From the human T2T-CHM13v2.0 reference genome, Homo sapiens, in the NCBI RefSeq assembly GCF_009914755.1, contig NC_060947.1: a stretch of 64,000 nt of DNA. One strand, written 5' to 3'. Shown here one piece after another: positions 12,872-26,599 of this stretch. The translations under genes and the position numbers were made by a program. The notes beneath the pieces were generated by a model that was not told the origin of the DNA, did no database searches, and was given only the letters and a program-made list of their open reading frames with translations. Position 1 is the first letter of the stretch. Every line of letters starts with the position of its first letter.

Positions 12872-13349
12872 TTAAGACACATCATCAGTATGATAACCCT
12901 AACCATATTTGTGAGGGAGGGAAGGATTACCACATCAGCTATGAACATCAATTAGAAGATACAGCCCAATTCCAGAAACACTAGAATATGAAAGAAAACG
13001 TATCATAGACTCTAACATGCATAGAAAAGTGTCTGGAACACCAAGGTGTCAACAGTAGTTGTGTCTGAATTGGTAGGTGTTTATTGGTATTTTAATTTTT
13101 TCTCCTGTTTGCTTATTTGTAGTTTCTGACCTTTCTGTAATGAGCATGGTTAACTCATGAGATTAGAAAAACAAACAATAAAAGGAAAGCTTTAAAAAAA
13201 TACTCTTTGTCCCTCCCTCCCTGGAAGCAAGAGGGCAACCTCATCCCGCCTCTCCAACAGCAGAATGCTCAGCACTGTGTGGCCAATGAGTTTGGGTCAT
13301 TAGAAAGCTAAGGGAGCCTTTCTGCCTTCCATCTTGGTTCATTAAAAGA

Positions 13350-13545
13350 AGCACTGGAAACAGAAGTTCTAGACCTGCTATTGAGTCCTGGCTCTGCTGA
13401 GTAACCTTGCAAGAGATAAATAATCTTGCTGTTTTTCATATGTAAAATGAAGATGATCCTACTGACCTCAGTTTTTAGAAATGAGATGGTTTATGTGAAA
13501 GCTCTCTGCAACTGTAAACTGCTCTTCCTTTGTGAATTGTTATTA
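13350..13545 (+). mobile_element. MIR
   Basis: TTGAGTCCTGGCTCTGCT..GTTTTTCATATGTAAAATGAAGATGAT. Confidence 0.6.
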
Positions 13546-13752
13546 TGACAGCAACTTTTCATCTTGCCTAAACAATGCCAAATACCAAGAGACTGCCTTA
13601 TCTTAAAGACATTCTGGAATGCCTATTCCTGATTTGGGTAAGGAATGATGCCTTCTTATGCTGCCCTGCCCTCCATATTCATCTGGAAGCACCACCAACT
13701 GCATGGGGCACCAAGGCAGGAACTGAGAGACAAAGCATGTATTACAGGCTAC

Positions 13753-13764
13753 TATATACACACA

Positions 13765-13806
<42 letters not shown>

Positions 13807-13888
13807 CTATACAAAATATGTAATTAATTATATAGTAATTAATAGATAATACATAAATATATATTTATATATTTAATATATATATATA
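13753..13888. repeat. (CA)n and (TA)-rich simple repeats
   Basis: Direct reading. Confidence 0.85.
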
Positions 13889-13985
13889 TTTTGAAGAGAC
13901 AGGATCTCGCTATGTTGCCCAGGCTGGGCTCAAACTCCTGGGCTCAAGTGATCCTCCCACCTCAGCCTTCTGAGTAGCTGAGACT
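13889..13985 (-). mobile_element. FLAM/AluJ left-monomer fragment
   Basis: GAGACAGGATCTCGCTATGTTGCCCAGGCTGG..CTCCTGGGCTCAAGTGATCCTCCCACCTCAGCC. Confidence 0.85.
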
Positions 13986-14139
13986 TAAAATAAAAATATA
14001 TTCTTAATGTATAAATAGAACAAAATGTATTTTGGGCCTAAGCATGAATGTACAGAAAGGCTGTCTGAACATAGGATTTGGTCCAACAATTCATATCATT
14101 CCAAAGAATTTGAGGTGCTGTGGGTAGGGTGGTGGGAGG

Positions 14140-14661
14140 ATTCTACAGTCAAATAAGTTTGGCAAATAAAAAATCCCACCATTTACTTTACTACCCTCTC
14201 AGAGATGCACAATGTACATTAGAATATTAAAGGCTAGGCTGGGCGTGGTGGCTCACGCCTGTAATGCCAGCACTTTGGGAGGCTGAGGCAGGCGGATCAC
14301 CTGAGGTCAGGAGTTTGAGACCAGCCTGGCCAACATGGGGAAACCCCATCTCTACTAAAAATACAAAAATTAGCTGGGCGTGGTGGTGCGTGCCTGTAAT
14401 CCCAGCTACTCAGGAGGCTGAGGCAGAAGAATTGCTTGAACCCGGTAGGCGGAGGTTTCAGTGAGCCGAGATTGTACCATTGCCTTGGTGACCAGAGCAA
14501 AACTCCATCTCAAAAACAACAACAAAAACAAACAAACAAACAAACAAACAAAGGCTGTGAGAAGTGCTGCTTTGTTATCCCAGCATTTTCGATACTGAAT
14601 TGACTTTTTCCTCTTGTAACACTTGTTAACATACTGAAGGAACCCATGTTGGGCAACACTG
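14140..14661. mobile_element. hAT-Charlie-type MER interrupted by an Alu
   Basis: GTCAAATAAGTTTGG..CACAATGTACATTAGAATATTAAAGGCT[Alu]GTGAGAAGT..TTGGGCAACACTG; exact family not determined. Confidence 0.55.
14237..14549 (+). mobile_element. AluSq/Sp-like with (CAAA)n tail
   Basis: Full dimer with CACCTGAGGTCAGGAG and AGAGCAAAACTCCATCTC; TSD AAAGGCT. Confidence 0.93.
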
Positions 14662-14904
14662 CCTTAGGCGATTATCCCAGGAAAGGGCTCTCACATGGTA
14701 TGACATGAAAGACAAAGTAGTAATTAATGCCCTGGTTCCTGCTCTCATTTATAGCAGTATTGGTTTGATGAAAGCCAAACATATAGGTTTGTGTAAATGT
14801 GTGTGTGACTTGAGGCAGAAGAAAAAGGACTGTGTGTGCGCACATGTGCATGGTCTTGTGCACATCTTGCTAACCTACTCTTCAGTAAGAAAATCATTGG
14901 AGTC

Positions 14905-15030
14905 AGAAAGGGCATTAATATTAACATGTAGTTCAGATATTTATAGATGTGAAAACTGAGGCTCAGAGTGCAAAAGTCACTTACTTGCTTGACATCACAG
15001 GTCTCCCACCTGCCAGTTTAGTTTTTCCTA
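14905..15030 (-). mobile_element. MIR fragment
   Basis: ATTTATAGATGTGAAAACTGAGGCTCAGAG. Confidence 0.65.
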
Positions 15031-15329
15031 CTCTGCTATGTTGTTTCCTGACCTTCTCAGGTAGAGGAGAGAAGGACCGAGGAAAGAGTGGAAAAAACAT
15101 TATTTTTCTATGTTTAATAGCACTTTGTTGGGTAGAAAGGAGTCTGTCATCCATTATTTTATTTGAGACTCACAGAGCCCATCAGCTGGGCAAGACAAGG
15201 GTTACTATGAGCAAATTTCTAAGTGGGCCAAAAATCAAAATACGTTAACTGACTTCTCTAAGTTCCCATGGTTAGCAACAGGCCTAAGACTATAATCCAA
15301 GTGTGCCACTTATTCTGTTTGTCACCCCC

Positions 15330-15751
15330 AACGTGTATACCCGATATCTACTCTTTGTCCTTCTCTGCCCTGCTCTGTGCTTTGAGAAACTAACTGCAGC
15401 AGAATGTATAACCTGGGTTCTTTGCTGGCTGGTTCAGCCAATGGGAGTTTTCTCCAGAAGACTGAAGGGTGGGAAGAGATAGAGGTCAGGATATTTCTTG
15501 TCTGCATTGATGCTGTTTCCTTGGTGCCAGGACTTCTGCTTCTGCCAGGTAACTCCTTCGAGGTTTCATTTCCTACTATTTCCTTCTCTTGTTCCTCCAC
15601 CTCTGGGGCTGACAGTGGATACCTACTGCTGCTAGTATGTGGGTGCCTCACCACAGAGGCATTACCACAGCCCTTGGTCCATTCCCTTTATTACAATTTA
15701 TTTGACTGTCTGGGGTGAATTCTGTTTTCTGCTGAAACCCTGCCTAATAAC
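15330..15751 (+). mobile_element. LTR33-like ERVL LTR
   Basis: CTCTGCCCTGCTCTGTGC..GGTTCAGCCAATGGGAG..GAGGTCAGGATATTTCTT..CTGTTTTCTGCTGAAACCCTGCCTAATA. Confidence 0.7.
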
Positions 15752-15956
15752 GGTGTATCTTCTCAAGATCCACTGCTTTCCCCATCCACTGTCTGCCTCA
15801 ATAAGTGAGAGCAGAAATTAGAGGTGTTTTCCAGGGCAATGTTCATCTGTTCAAAAGTTGATGAAAGTGAACACAAAAGCCTAATGCTCATGAGAAAAAA
15901 AAAATGTCTTCTGCATTGCTCCAACTGATCTTGAAGCCAGCTTTGCCAGAAAACTA

Positions 15957-17326
15957 TTTTTTAAATTGTGATAAAGTACACATCACATAAAATTTACCAT
16001 CTTAACCAGTTTTAAGTACACAGTCCAGTAGTGTTAAGTACATTTCACATGGTTGTGCAATCAGTCTCTAGAACTATTTTCATCTTGCAAAACTGAAACT
16101 ACACCCATTAAACAACCTCCCATTTCCCCACCCCTAGTTTTTGACAACCACCACTCTACTTTCTGTCTCTATGAATTTGGCAACACTGGGTACTTTTTAT
16201 AAATTGATTCACACAGAAGTTGGCTTTTTCCGAGCGGCTTATTTCACTTAGAATGTGTCATCAAGGTTCATCCTCATTGCAGTGTGTGTCAGAATTTCCT
16301 TCCTTTTTTTAGGCTGAATAATACTCCATTGTATGTATATGTCACATTTTGTTTTCCACACATCCGTCAACAAGTGCTTGAGCTGCTTCTACCTTTTGGC
16401 TATTGTGAATAATGCTGCTATAAACATGGATGAACAAATATCTCTTTGAGACCCTGCTTTGAATTATTTTGGGTGCATACTCAGAAGCAAAACTGCTGGA
16501 TTCTCTGGTAATTCTATTTTTAATCTTTTGAGGAACCACCATACTGTTTTCCATAGTGGCTGCACCACTTTACGTTCCCATCAACAGCACATAAGGGATC
16601 CAATATTTCCAATTCCCACCAATACTCTTTATTTACTGTTTTTTTTTAAATTAGCCTTCTTAATGAGTATGATGTGGTATCTCATTATGGGTTTTATTTG
16701 TATTTTCCTAATGATTAGGGATGTTGTTCATCTTTTCATGTGCTTACTGGCCATTTGTATATCTTTAGAGAAATATATATTTGAGTCCTTTGTCCATTTT
16801 TTAAAATTGATTTTTTTGGGGAATATTTTGTTGTTGAGTTGTAGGAGTTCTTTATATATTTTGGATATTAACATCTTATCAGATATGATATTTACAAATA
16901 TTTTTCACTCATTCTATAGGTTGCCTTTTCACTCTGTTGAGTCCTTTGATGCACAGATGTTTTAAATTTTGATGTAGTATAATTTCTCTGTTTTTACTTT
17001 TGATTGCCTGTGCTTTTGGTGTCATATCCAAGAAACCATTTTCAAATCAATATCATGAAGCTTCCCCCCGGAGGTCTGTGCTTTTAACTCTTATATTTAG
17101 GTCTTTGATTTATTTAGAGTTAATTTTTGTACTTGGTGTAAGGTAAGGGTCCAACTTCATTCTTTTGCATATTGATATCCACTTTTCTCAACTCTATTTG
17201 TTGAAAAGACTGTTATTTCCCCATTGAATGGTCTTGGCACTCTTGTCAAAAATCATTTGGCCATATAAGTGATTCTGGGTACTCTATTCTATTCCATTGG
17301 CATATATGTCTGCCTTTGTGTGCCAG
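15957..17326 (-). mobile_element. L1MB-type LINE-1 3' end (degraded ORF2 C-terminus and 3' UTR)
   Basis: AAATTTACCATCTTAACC..GCAAAACTGAAACT 3' UTR; ORF 16342-16554 resembles the ORF2 end; TSD-like TGCCAG(G)AAAACT on both sides. Confidence 0.9.
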
Positions 17327-17654
17327 GAAAACTTTTATGAAAAGTTCTAAATAATTTTTGTGGTATAGAAGTGACTCCCCTCACCCACTGAAGTATGAAG
17401 CTGAGGGGTGGGGTAGCAATGAGTCAGGGGATAAATCAGATGGAAATATTTGACATTATGAAGAAAACCTGTTGGTTAATGACAACATTAGTGTACTCAA
17501 GGAGAAAGCAGTCTAACTGGAAGTATTAAATGGACACATTTTTCAAAGGAGTTTACTCGTGGGTATACAAATCCTTAAATGGTTCAAATTCCAGAATGTG
17601 ATATTTAAATTGGTTTGGGGAACCTGGCATGCATTTTCTTGTAGAAATGAAGAG

Positions 17655-17820
17655 TTTGCTACTGTCTAGCTATGTGACTTCGATATTTTGAGTTTCAGTT
17701 TCATTTATAAAATGGTGACAGTGGTGCCTATGTTTCGGTGTTGTAGTGAGGACTAACTGAAGTTCTGTATGCTTAGCATCTATCACAGAACTTGGTCTGT
17801 AGTTAGTGTTAATAAATGCT
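17655..17820 (+). mobile_element. MIR
   Basis: CTAGCTATGTGACTT..TTTCAGTTTCATTTATAAAATGG..AATAAATGCT. Confidence 0.7.
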
Positions 17821-20479
17821 GTTCCCTTACATTGAAAGGGCTTAATAGGTTAATGGCACCAGTACTAATATTAGTGTCTCAAAAGCACATTTTTTACCCC
17901 ATTATTGAGAGCTAAGAGGAATGACTAGTTGGGGCTGTACAGGTGAGTGGTGAAGAGATTTTGCTGGTGGTGTAATAGATGGCCTGGTGGTGTAAGGGAT
18001 GGCTTGAATGGAGATATAGGAAGGGGGAGGAAGAAAGCATGTGTGTTTGTGTGTGTGTATAAAATAATTTCTTGGTGTTATTAACTAAGTGGAAAAAAAT
18101 GATGAGCACTGCAAGTGCATGCTTTCCCTGAGGTTGAAGAAAGGAGACAGCAGGGAGATAGACATGGAACCAGGTTCCAGCCTTCCCATATAGGAGTGTG
18201 CTTAACATCATAAAACAGTTTTTAAGTAACCTATTAGGTCACATATATTGAATTAGCTCACATGTACCTGATTTACATGTATCTAAAGTTGTACAAATTA
18301 TAGCTTTACCAAATCTGAATAAAGCAGACATGACTAGGCTACTATTTGGTAATACTTTATGAGTCAGTGGTATGGGTGGATATATGTATTTAAAAGATAC
18401 ATTCCATATTCTTCAAATGTGATCTTTTTCTTCATCCATTGGAATGCTCAATTCATCTAAAATAGGTGAGGCTTGATTGTGGTACAAAGATGTTATAACA
18501 CTTTGAGGTGATGTGGGATTAGAAAGTAGGCAAGGTGGAGCAGAGGAATATGGAGAGTACCTCTTTGGGGCAATGTGTTCTGAGCAGAGCCTTGAAGGGA
18601 GTGATGTGGATTGGTAGTGGAAGGGGATGAATTGTCAAAGTAGGGGATTATCATATGTTAAAGAATACTAAAAGGAGGGAATGTGTTGTGGTTGAAGGGC
18701 CCAAGGAAACATGGTAGCACACCAAGATGAGGTGGTTGCAGTTAGGGTGCTGGAGGCTGGACAGAGGATGTAACTCAATAGGTAATAGGGAGCCACTCTA
18801 CAATACTGCAAGAGAGAGGGTCAAGATGTGGGTAAACATACTACATAACTATAGTTATGAACATGGTATACATGGCAGTTCTCAAAACTGCCCTAAAAAA
18901 TACAGATACTCTGGTGCCATGTTCCAAAATTCTGATTCATGGGGTGGGCGTGAGAGAGGTGGGTATAGAGATTGAATAGTGACATGTGAGAGAGGTGAAG
19001 ACCACAGCCAGAACTAGAGATCTGAACCCAAAAGTCTACCTGTCTTTAAAGCCTATAGAACATAACCACTCTGCTATTTATGACATTTCTCATACTGTCA
19101 CCTCCTCTTGAGAAGCCCTCTCTCTCCATCTCCTTGAAAATCCTCCCCATTATTCAGCGTTCAGCTTAGATATAGCCTCCACTGAGAAGTCCTCCCTGGT
19201 TCATGTTTTCCTCCTAACTGCTGTAATGTCTCCTGTAGTTACCATAGGACAGGATATGAGGAAACTTGAGGACTCGAGTTCAGAGGGGAATTGGAGGAAC
19301 TAAGCCAGTCACATGTCATGAACAATATGGGAAGGATCCTAAGGGAAGCATGGAAATTCCAGAATAAGGAGGGGTTGATGAAATTATCCTCATGCCTTCA
19401 TTTACTCTCCTCATATTAAAATATATTGCAGTTTGTGTGTGCCTGCTTATGTGAAATTACATATTATACTGTCTAGTTTTAATTAACCTAATCCTCACAA
19501 ATGAGCAAGTAGTTTGCAATTTTTCATGCAAGTAAATCAGGGATTGAGGAGAAACTTAGTGTAAGCACAAGAAAATAATAAGGAAATGGCAGAGCTAATG
19601 CCATTCTGCTTCTAGAAGGTTCTACTCATAGGATGAGCTCTTTGTTAGCCACATTACCAAGTCAAAACAGCACAATTCCAATTAATAAACTGATAAGAAG
19701 TAGGCGAAACAGATTTGCTGCAAGTCTTTGTGAGGTATCTTTTTTTTTGGCGGTGGGGGGTGGCTGACAGCCATTAATTCCAAGAATTGAAATTGCTGAA
19801 TTTAGAATCAGGACTTCAGATTACTGCATTATGAAAGATTGAAGTTTTTTATAACAAATGAAGCTTATTAAAGAACATTTCTCTCTCTAAAGACATTAGT
19901 TTAATGTTAATTTTTTAGTGAAAGCCAAAAAGATTTTCAGACTATAATATATTTATTATATATTATTTTTAAATATGGTTAATTTCATCCTTATTACATA
20001 CTTTAAATTTTCCTTTTTGCCTGTGTTAAAGGAATTTTGTGTGTTTCTAGTACAGTAGCATATGTTTAGTTATAAATATATGTTTATACATGATATACAT
20101 TATTACATTTATATAATTTATATATATATATTTGTACATATATTGGGAGGGTTTTTTTAGTAATTGAGTTAGAAATCAAGAAAACTTGAAAGTCATTGCA
20201 TTAAACAACTGCACAGTTGTAGTAAGGGGGAGGGAGAAATTGTACCACACATTGAAAGGGCTTTTTCTGTCCAGAGATACACAAGAGGCAACCACCAATT
20301 GAGCCTATTTCAGGAGTGGGAGAGGATTCAAAGTATATTGGAGCATCAAGATAGGGTGAAGTAGGAAGTTGCAGTGATACCTGTGAGGTGGGGAGCCAAG
20401 AATATAGTGCTGCTACTAATCCATATTGACCCTTTTCACAAAGTAGAGAAAGGCACATCTTCCTTTGAGCAGGTGCAGC

Positions 20480-20601
20480 CCTAAATCAGGGTGCATAGCT
20501 TGGTAAGTCTGTGCAGTGGCTCAAGTTGGGCCCCCATTCACCTCCATCAGTGGACACTCTCATGCAGTGCGTGGCCTGCACAATTGTATACAGTGGCCCT
20601 G
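20480..20601. mobile_element. Possible hAT-Tip100 (MER91-like) end
   Basis: TGCAGTGCGTGGCCTGCACAATTGTATACAGTGGCCCTG resembles such a terminus (from recall). Confidence 0.35.
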
Positions 20602-20829
20602 CATGAGAATGCTTAATAGAGCTACCTTAAAAGTCTCCCCGTGTGATTCTGATAACAAGCCAAGGTTGTGAATTACTGGGATACATGTTTACTTATTTAC
20701 TCTATAAACTTCGTAGAATTCTTAAAAGAAATGCATTTTAAAAAGTGGTCTGTAATTCTGACATCTCACTAAATCAAACATGCTTCCACACCAAGGAGTT
20801 CGATTTAGGGAATATTTAGAACCAATTAT

Positions 20830-20945
20830 CCAGCTGTGTGATACTGAGATAATCACTTTCCCTCTCTGAAGCCTCAGTTTCTTCAGTTATAAAATGAAAG
20901 GAGTTGAATTAGATGATCTGGAAGGTCCTTTCCAGCCATAGCACC
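20830..20945 (+). mobile_element. MIR (MIR3/MIRc-like)
   Basis: GCCTCAGTTTCTTCAGTTATAAAATGAAAGGAGTTGAATTAGATGATCT..AAGGTCCTTTCCAGC. Confidence 0.75.
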
Positions 20946-22104
20946 GTATGTTCTATGCATTTTGCTGCTTAGCAATGTATGAAAATTCTCTGCCAGGCAG
21001 CCTGTGCAGCTACATTTTACTGGCTGGTTTTGGCTCATTTTCCTAAGAGGGTTGAAGGCATATGTTCACTCTAACTCTGTTTTTAGAGAGGGGCCATTTT
21101 TACCATTAACTGCACTGTCTTCTTCTTGCCAGTGTCTAGCAGGCATCTCTAAAGTGGGGTAGCGGCATAGGCAGCATTTACAGCCAACCATTGAGTGGCA
21201 ATTTCAATTGTTTGATTTTCCTTCCTATGACTACATGCTTAATTGAATATCACATTTACTCATATATCTTGTAAATTATTCAGAAAACATTTTCTTCCTT
21301 GGCTGCTCCTGTAGATAGCTGTGCAACCAAAGGTCTGGCTTCAGCAATTTTAAGGCTTGATCAGAGCAGCTGAAGATCTGTAAACACTGGTTTTTGAATC
21401 TTTTCACTTTCAGTCACGAGGGTCATTAGATCTCCTTTAGACGCTCTGCCTAAATGCTCAGAAGAGTTTCTGCTTCAGCTGACAAGCATTAAAGCCTAAT
21501 TGCAAGGCAAAAATATAGTGGGAGAAACAGTGTTTTCTTCTCAAAATTGGGGGAGGGAAGGGAAATGTGGGCAGATAGGCAAATCAAGTAAGTTTTGTCT
21601 TCCCATCAATGACTGATTTAATAAAGATTTGTAACCAATCAACTAGCTATGTGACCCGGGAAAAATGACTTTCTCTTTAAACCTCAGTTTCCTTAGTGGT
21701 AAAATAAGTTTGTTTGGCTTCAAGGGACTCAAGAAATGTATACAGCACAATTAAAGGGATGTTTTTGCTTACACTTTTTTTATTATTATTCCTGGAGACA
21801 GAAATATGAACCTCCCTTCAGGTAGTTCAAGCTTCATATAGTGCAAGCTTTTCCCTGAATTACCAAACTTAGTCATCTTATTTTCAAAACAGAAATGTGT
21901 GCTGAGTTTCTACAGCTTTTATTGATTCCACGTTCCTATGTGTCTAATCACACTGCCAGAAAATCTTCCCTTTTACCCCATTCAATCATCTCCAGCTACA
22001 ATTAACACTTATTTTCTGTGCATAACTAACTTGTCCATAACTGAGATCTCAAATAGATGATCATCGTTTCCAGATGGATTCAAAGAGCTGGTGATTGACT
22101 AGAC

Positions 22105-22297
22105 CAGTGGTTCTTAAGCAAGTTTCTTAGTGGATAAATGAATCCTTAAAGGAGCTTATTAAAATTCAAATTTCTGGTCCCCACTACCACAGATTCAGAT
22201 CCAGTGGGTTTGGGTGAGGCCTAGGAATCTAATATTTTAGCAAGCACCCAAGATGGCTTCATTTCAGGGGGCTAGTGGTCCACTGTTGGAGAAACAT
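22105..22297. mobile_element. MER5A/B (hAT-Charlie)
   Basis: CAGTGGTTCTTAA..GGTGAGGCCTAGGAATCT..TTTTAGCAAGCACCCCA..GGAGAAACA. Confidence 0.75.
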
Positions 22298-23129
22298 TTT
22301 ATTCAAAAGATGGTAATGGAGAGAGACCACCACCTATGCCTGTTCTTGCTTGCCCTTTCTCTAGCCCTGGGTCTATTCTTGTTTCTGCTCTCTGTGTAGT
22401 GTCTTTGTGAGAGAAGGAGGGACAGTGATTGCAAACTCTGTTTTCTTCAGACTTACAAAGGTAAAGTGATTTCTCCAGAGCCCCTACCCAGTGAAGAAAG
22501 AATAATATTAGAGTTTTCTCTCCTAACTTGGAGCTCGTCACCTAGGCTTCAGAGCAGACTTACCCTGACATTCAGTATAACAGGCCAGGATGAGAAGCAA
22601 GCCAAAACTAAACTCAGTGTTTTTACTCACCAGCTGGTTTGTGTGATTCCAATGACCAGTGTCAGGTTTGATGGTGAACAAAAGGAAACACTTGATAAAT
22701 AACAAATTATTCTCAGATGCTTGTTGCAGCTTTCACTCTAAAGGAAAATCTCTACTGTCCCCTAACAGCTGGTGTGAGCAGATAAGCTGGGGGCATTCCA
22801 TGCCTCTGGTGTCATAGGGTTAAGAAACCAAGAAATAGCAGAGGAAAGCGTCACTCTCAGTCTTGTGGACTAAAAGTATCTAAGGCATATGTAGGATATT
22901 ATTCCCTTATACCAAGATTTAAATAAAAAGAAGCATCAATTAATCTTGAATAAAAGGTTGTACTACCAAAAAAATGCTTGAAACATCTTGCCATATACTC
23001 TCATCATCCCATTTTACAGAGGATACTAAGACTCAGAAAAGCGATGTGACTTGCTTAAGATTTCTTCAAATCTTTAAACAGTGAGCATCAACTTTATTCT
23101 TATTCTTAAAAGCTTTTAAGAGGAAAGCA

Positions 23130-23370
23130 TTTTAATAATCTTTTTGAGTACTCATTACATAATAGGCACTGTTCTATGTGCTTCATATTTAAGCCCCACA
23201 ACAATACTATAGGGTGGATCTTATGATCTTCATCTTACAGATGAAGGAACTAAGTACAGAAAAGTTAAGCAAATTGCCCAAGGCCTCACAGATGACCTTA
23301 GAGTTGGAATTAGAAGAACCCAGACAGACTGGCTCGAGAGCCTCTGGGTTTAACCACTAGGCTTCCTGTC
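23130..23370 (-). mobile_element. MIR
   Basis: CATCTTACAGATGAAGGAACTAAG..TTGCCCAAGGCCTCACAG. Confidence 0.8.
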
Positions 23371-26300
23371 TCTCAAACACAACAGGTAGGATTACCAAGA
23401 TACTCTTTATCAAACTCTCTCCATCATGTTAATTCCATTCTCAAAAAGTGACATTGAATTCTGATTTAACAATGTTAAATCTTAACTAGCTTCACTAGTT
23501 TCTGAGGAGCCCCAAATATGGTGAAATGAGAACCCCAATTCACCACCCACATCTTGCATTGCCACTCCTGGATTTTACCATCTAATGAAGCCCATTCTGC
23601 CTCTCTGGGTGGTTATTCAGCATTAATGAAATGTGTTTGGTGCTATTCTATGCACAACACATGGAATAATCTCTGCTCTACAAGAAACTGTACATCTGAA
23701 GCATCTCTGCAGCTGCATGGGCAGCAGAGCTTCTCCTTGCCTACTGTTATTTTGGTTGCTACAGTCTCTGCCACATGACGCAGTTCCATTTCTAGAACTG
23801 TTCAGATTCTTGACGTAAAACCCATTCAAAGAGCCTGGTTAAGGGTATGCACTCAGTGGACAAGGTTGTTTTCTGGAGCTTCTGAGTTATATCACCCTGG
23901 AGTTTAAGGGATGGAAGGTTAGGAAGGTGTAGAAAGGAGAGGCCAACACCAAGTCGGGGGTTTTCTGATAACCCCAAATCTCCACATCTATCCCTACCAT
24001 CATAAACTCAGGCTAAAGTGTTTGTTTCCAAATTTTCACCTATGTGTTTCTCAGAATAGGACCAAGTTAGGGCATCAGCTCTATAGTCTCCAAAATGCCA
24101 GAGTAGCTCTCACAGAGAGCAGTTAGGGACCAATGTTGATGGTAAATAAAGGAAATTTTATGAAGATGTTTCAGTCAAAGGAAAACCATGCAATTTTTTT
24201 TATTCTGAAGAATAGAATAAGGGAAGTGATATTAAGGTATGAGAAAATGGATTTGTACTGAATTCCACTTAGAATCTGTCCAGTAAAGGGGTTTCTGATT
24301 GATTTGCAACATTTAATGCAAAATAAACAAATATTCCAGCTGAAAGACACTGAGGACTTATCAAGCCCATCCCTCTTTCCTTTGAGTTTTAACCAGAGAT
24401 AGAAAACTAGGTGCCAGAGGTTGAGTCCAAAACTTAGAAACATATGTTTGACCAGCATGTGGCCTTAAAAAGTTTTGAATTTAAATTCTTGGTTGGGCAT
24501 GCCCTCTGCTGATCACCACAGTTTTTACTACTCCCAGTTATCTCCTACCCCATAGTTTCACAGTTTTATGTTACTGCCTGACACCTGAGGATATTTACAT
24601 TTGCAACTCCTGCCAAACTACCTGAGAATGACAAAATTATATACCAATTCAGGGAGAGGTGACCACCCAGGGCAACCTGCATCTATTCAGAACTTAAAAC
24701 AAGAGTAAATAAAAGATATTTCCCTCACAAAATAAAGTGAGGTTGTGAGTAATAGTAATATTCTTTTGAAGGATCTAAGATGTAATGTTTTCCAATATTA
24801 ATGAACATGAGGCTGCTCCTATTCATGTAATATATTTAGCATAATAAATTACTTAAATATGACCAGATTTGAAATAAAGAATCTTTTCTGAGGTTATCTG
24901 AGGTTCTTTGTCAAAAACATTGGGGTTTCCTGGTTCCTGTGTTTGGTTGGATTGATCCCTCTGATTTAACTCAGTGTTTCTCCACTGGGGGTGCACATGA
25001 ACCTATCATCACTTCCCAAGCGAAGTTCTTATTGTAAATCACTTTGTGCAATATGATATGTTGCTAACTGCAGTTTGTTGTTTGCATGAATATCCTCCCC
25101 CCACCAAAATAATATATGACTGAAAACCATCAACAGAACCTAGTTGGAAAGGCTTCCCCCAAAAGGGTTGCTTTGTTAGCTGCAATATGCTTTCTCTTTG
25201 AACTCACGCCTCTACAGTTCCTCTGTGAAATGGGGAAAATAAAACCTCTCTTTCTTGGTTTTCTAATTTTGTGGACTCTTAGATGAAAATGCCTCCTGGC
25301 TCAGCCTTGGCTTTCGTCTGGACCCTCCAACAACTGGCCATTTCCTGGACCTTAATTTTCTGTTTCCTCCTTAGAAACTTCTTTCCAATGTTGGGGATAA
25401 CACTTCCTGGGTTGACTGTGTCCTGATTTATCTCTGATTCAGCTTATAGGCTATTGAAGCTGTTCAACAACTGTTTATTAATTAAACATACACAGAGTTT
25501 CTTGGACTGTATCAAGCTCTGTTTACTGTATGGCCAAGATCCATTTTGATCAAATCTGTGTTGAAGGCTACAGAAAGGGTGGCAAAAGAGACAAGAGTTG
25601 AGAGAGGGTATCTTCATCTCCTACTGAACATCAGCATTCAGCCCTGTCAGATTCCCTGTGGTGTACAAGTCCTGGGGGTATCCTTGGAGATGGTCCTTGG
25701 ATATAAAAACAGGCTTGTTTCATTGGGAGGCCAAGCGTGAGTTGAAACTAAGGGAGAATGAAAAGCCATGTCTGAGGAGGAATACTGAGGGGGAAAACTG
25801 AGGACCATATTAGTCTTCAGATCTGAGATGAGGGTGGGGCCTGAAACAGAGTTGAAGCAAAAGAAGAGGAGGAGCTGTGAAGGCAGAGCAGGTCAGGAAG
25901 ACTCTGAGAGTCTCTGGCATTTGATTTGGGGTTAGGGCTGTGGTCCCTCCTTAACTGGAATCCTCCAAGGAGACAGAGAAGAGCAGTCTTTACAAAGGCA
26001 GCTAATACACTTGTTTACACACACACATGACTATTAAAAACGTCTGTATGTGTGTGTGTAGGGGGTCTAGTGGTAGTTGGAGATGTAGCAGGGAGAAAAT
26101 AGTGGGAGAAGGAGGGAAAGGGAATAAAAGAAAAAGTCCAGAAGCAGGTTCTTCTGGTGCTGGCTACCTCTTTGCTCCTTCTTTACACTAATTTTCAATC
26201 TGCAAGGAACCGTAAAGTGAACTTATAACTGGAAGTCATTGAAAGTTTTGAATTAGTTCTCCTGTCTAAAACCAGGAGCAGTTTATTTCAATGATATAAT

Positions 26301-26599
26301 GGTTTGATTTTCTTTTATGAGCTATAGTCATCTTTTTCTTCCTCCTATATGTTATAGGGATTCTTTATATCTCCAGGCTATTCCATTTTACTAGAACAGA
26401 TGTGTTTTCCTTCTAGACTTAGAATTTAATTGTATTGGCTCCAAGAGAGCCAACTGGTTTTACTTTTACTCTGCTTCATTTAGGCTGTTTTGATGCTGAT
26501 GTAGTAACTCTCTCAGGTCAACAGGATTTCTGACTGGAAATATGCTGTTATAAAAATAATTAAAATACATTTCCTTCCTACAAAATGCAAAGCAATATG

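Noticed and set aside
16342-16965. 168-aa hydrophobic ORF and its antisense partner
   Set aside because: Antisense and sense readings of a decayed L1MB
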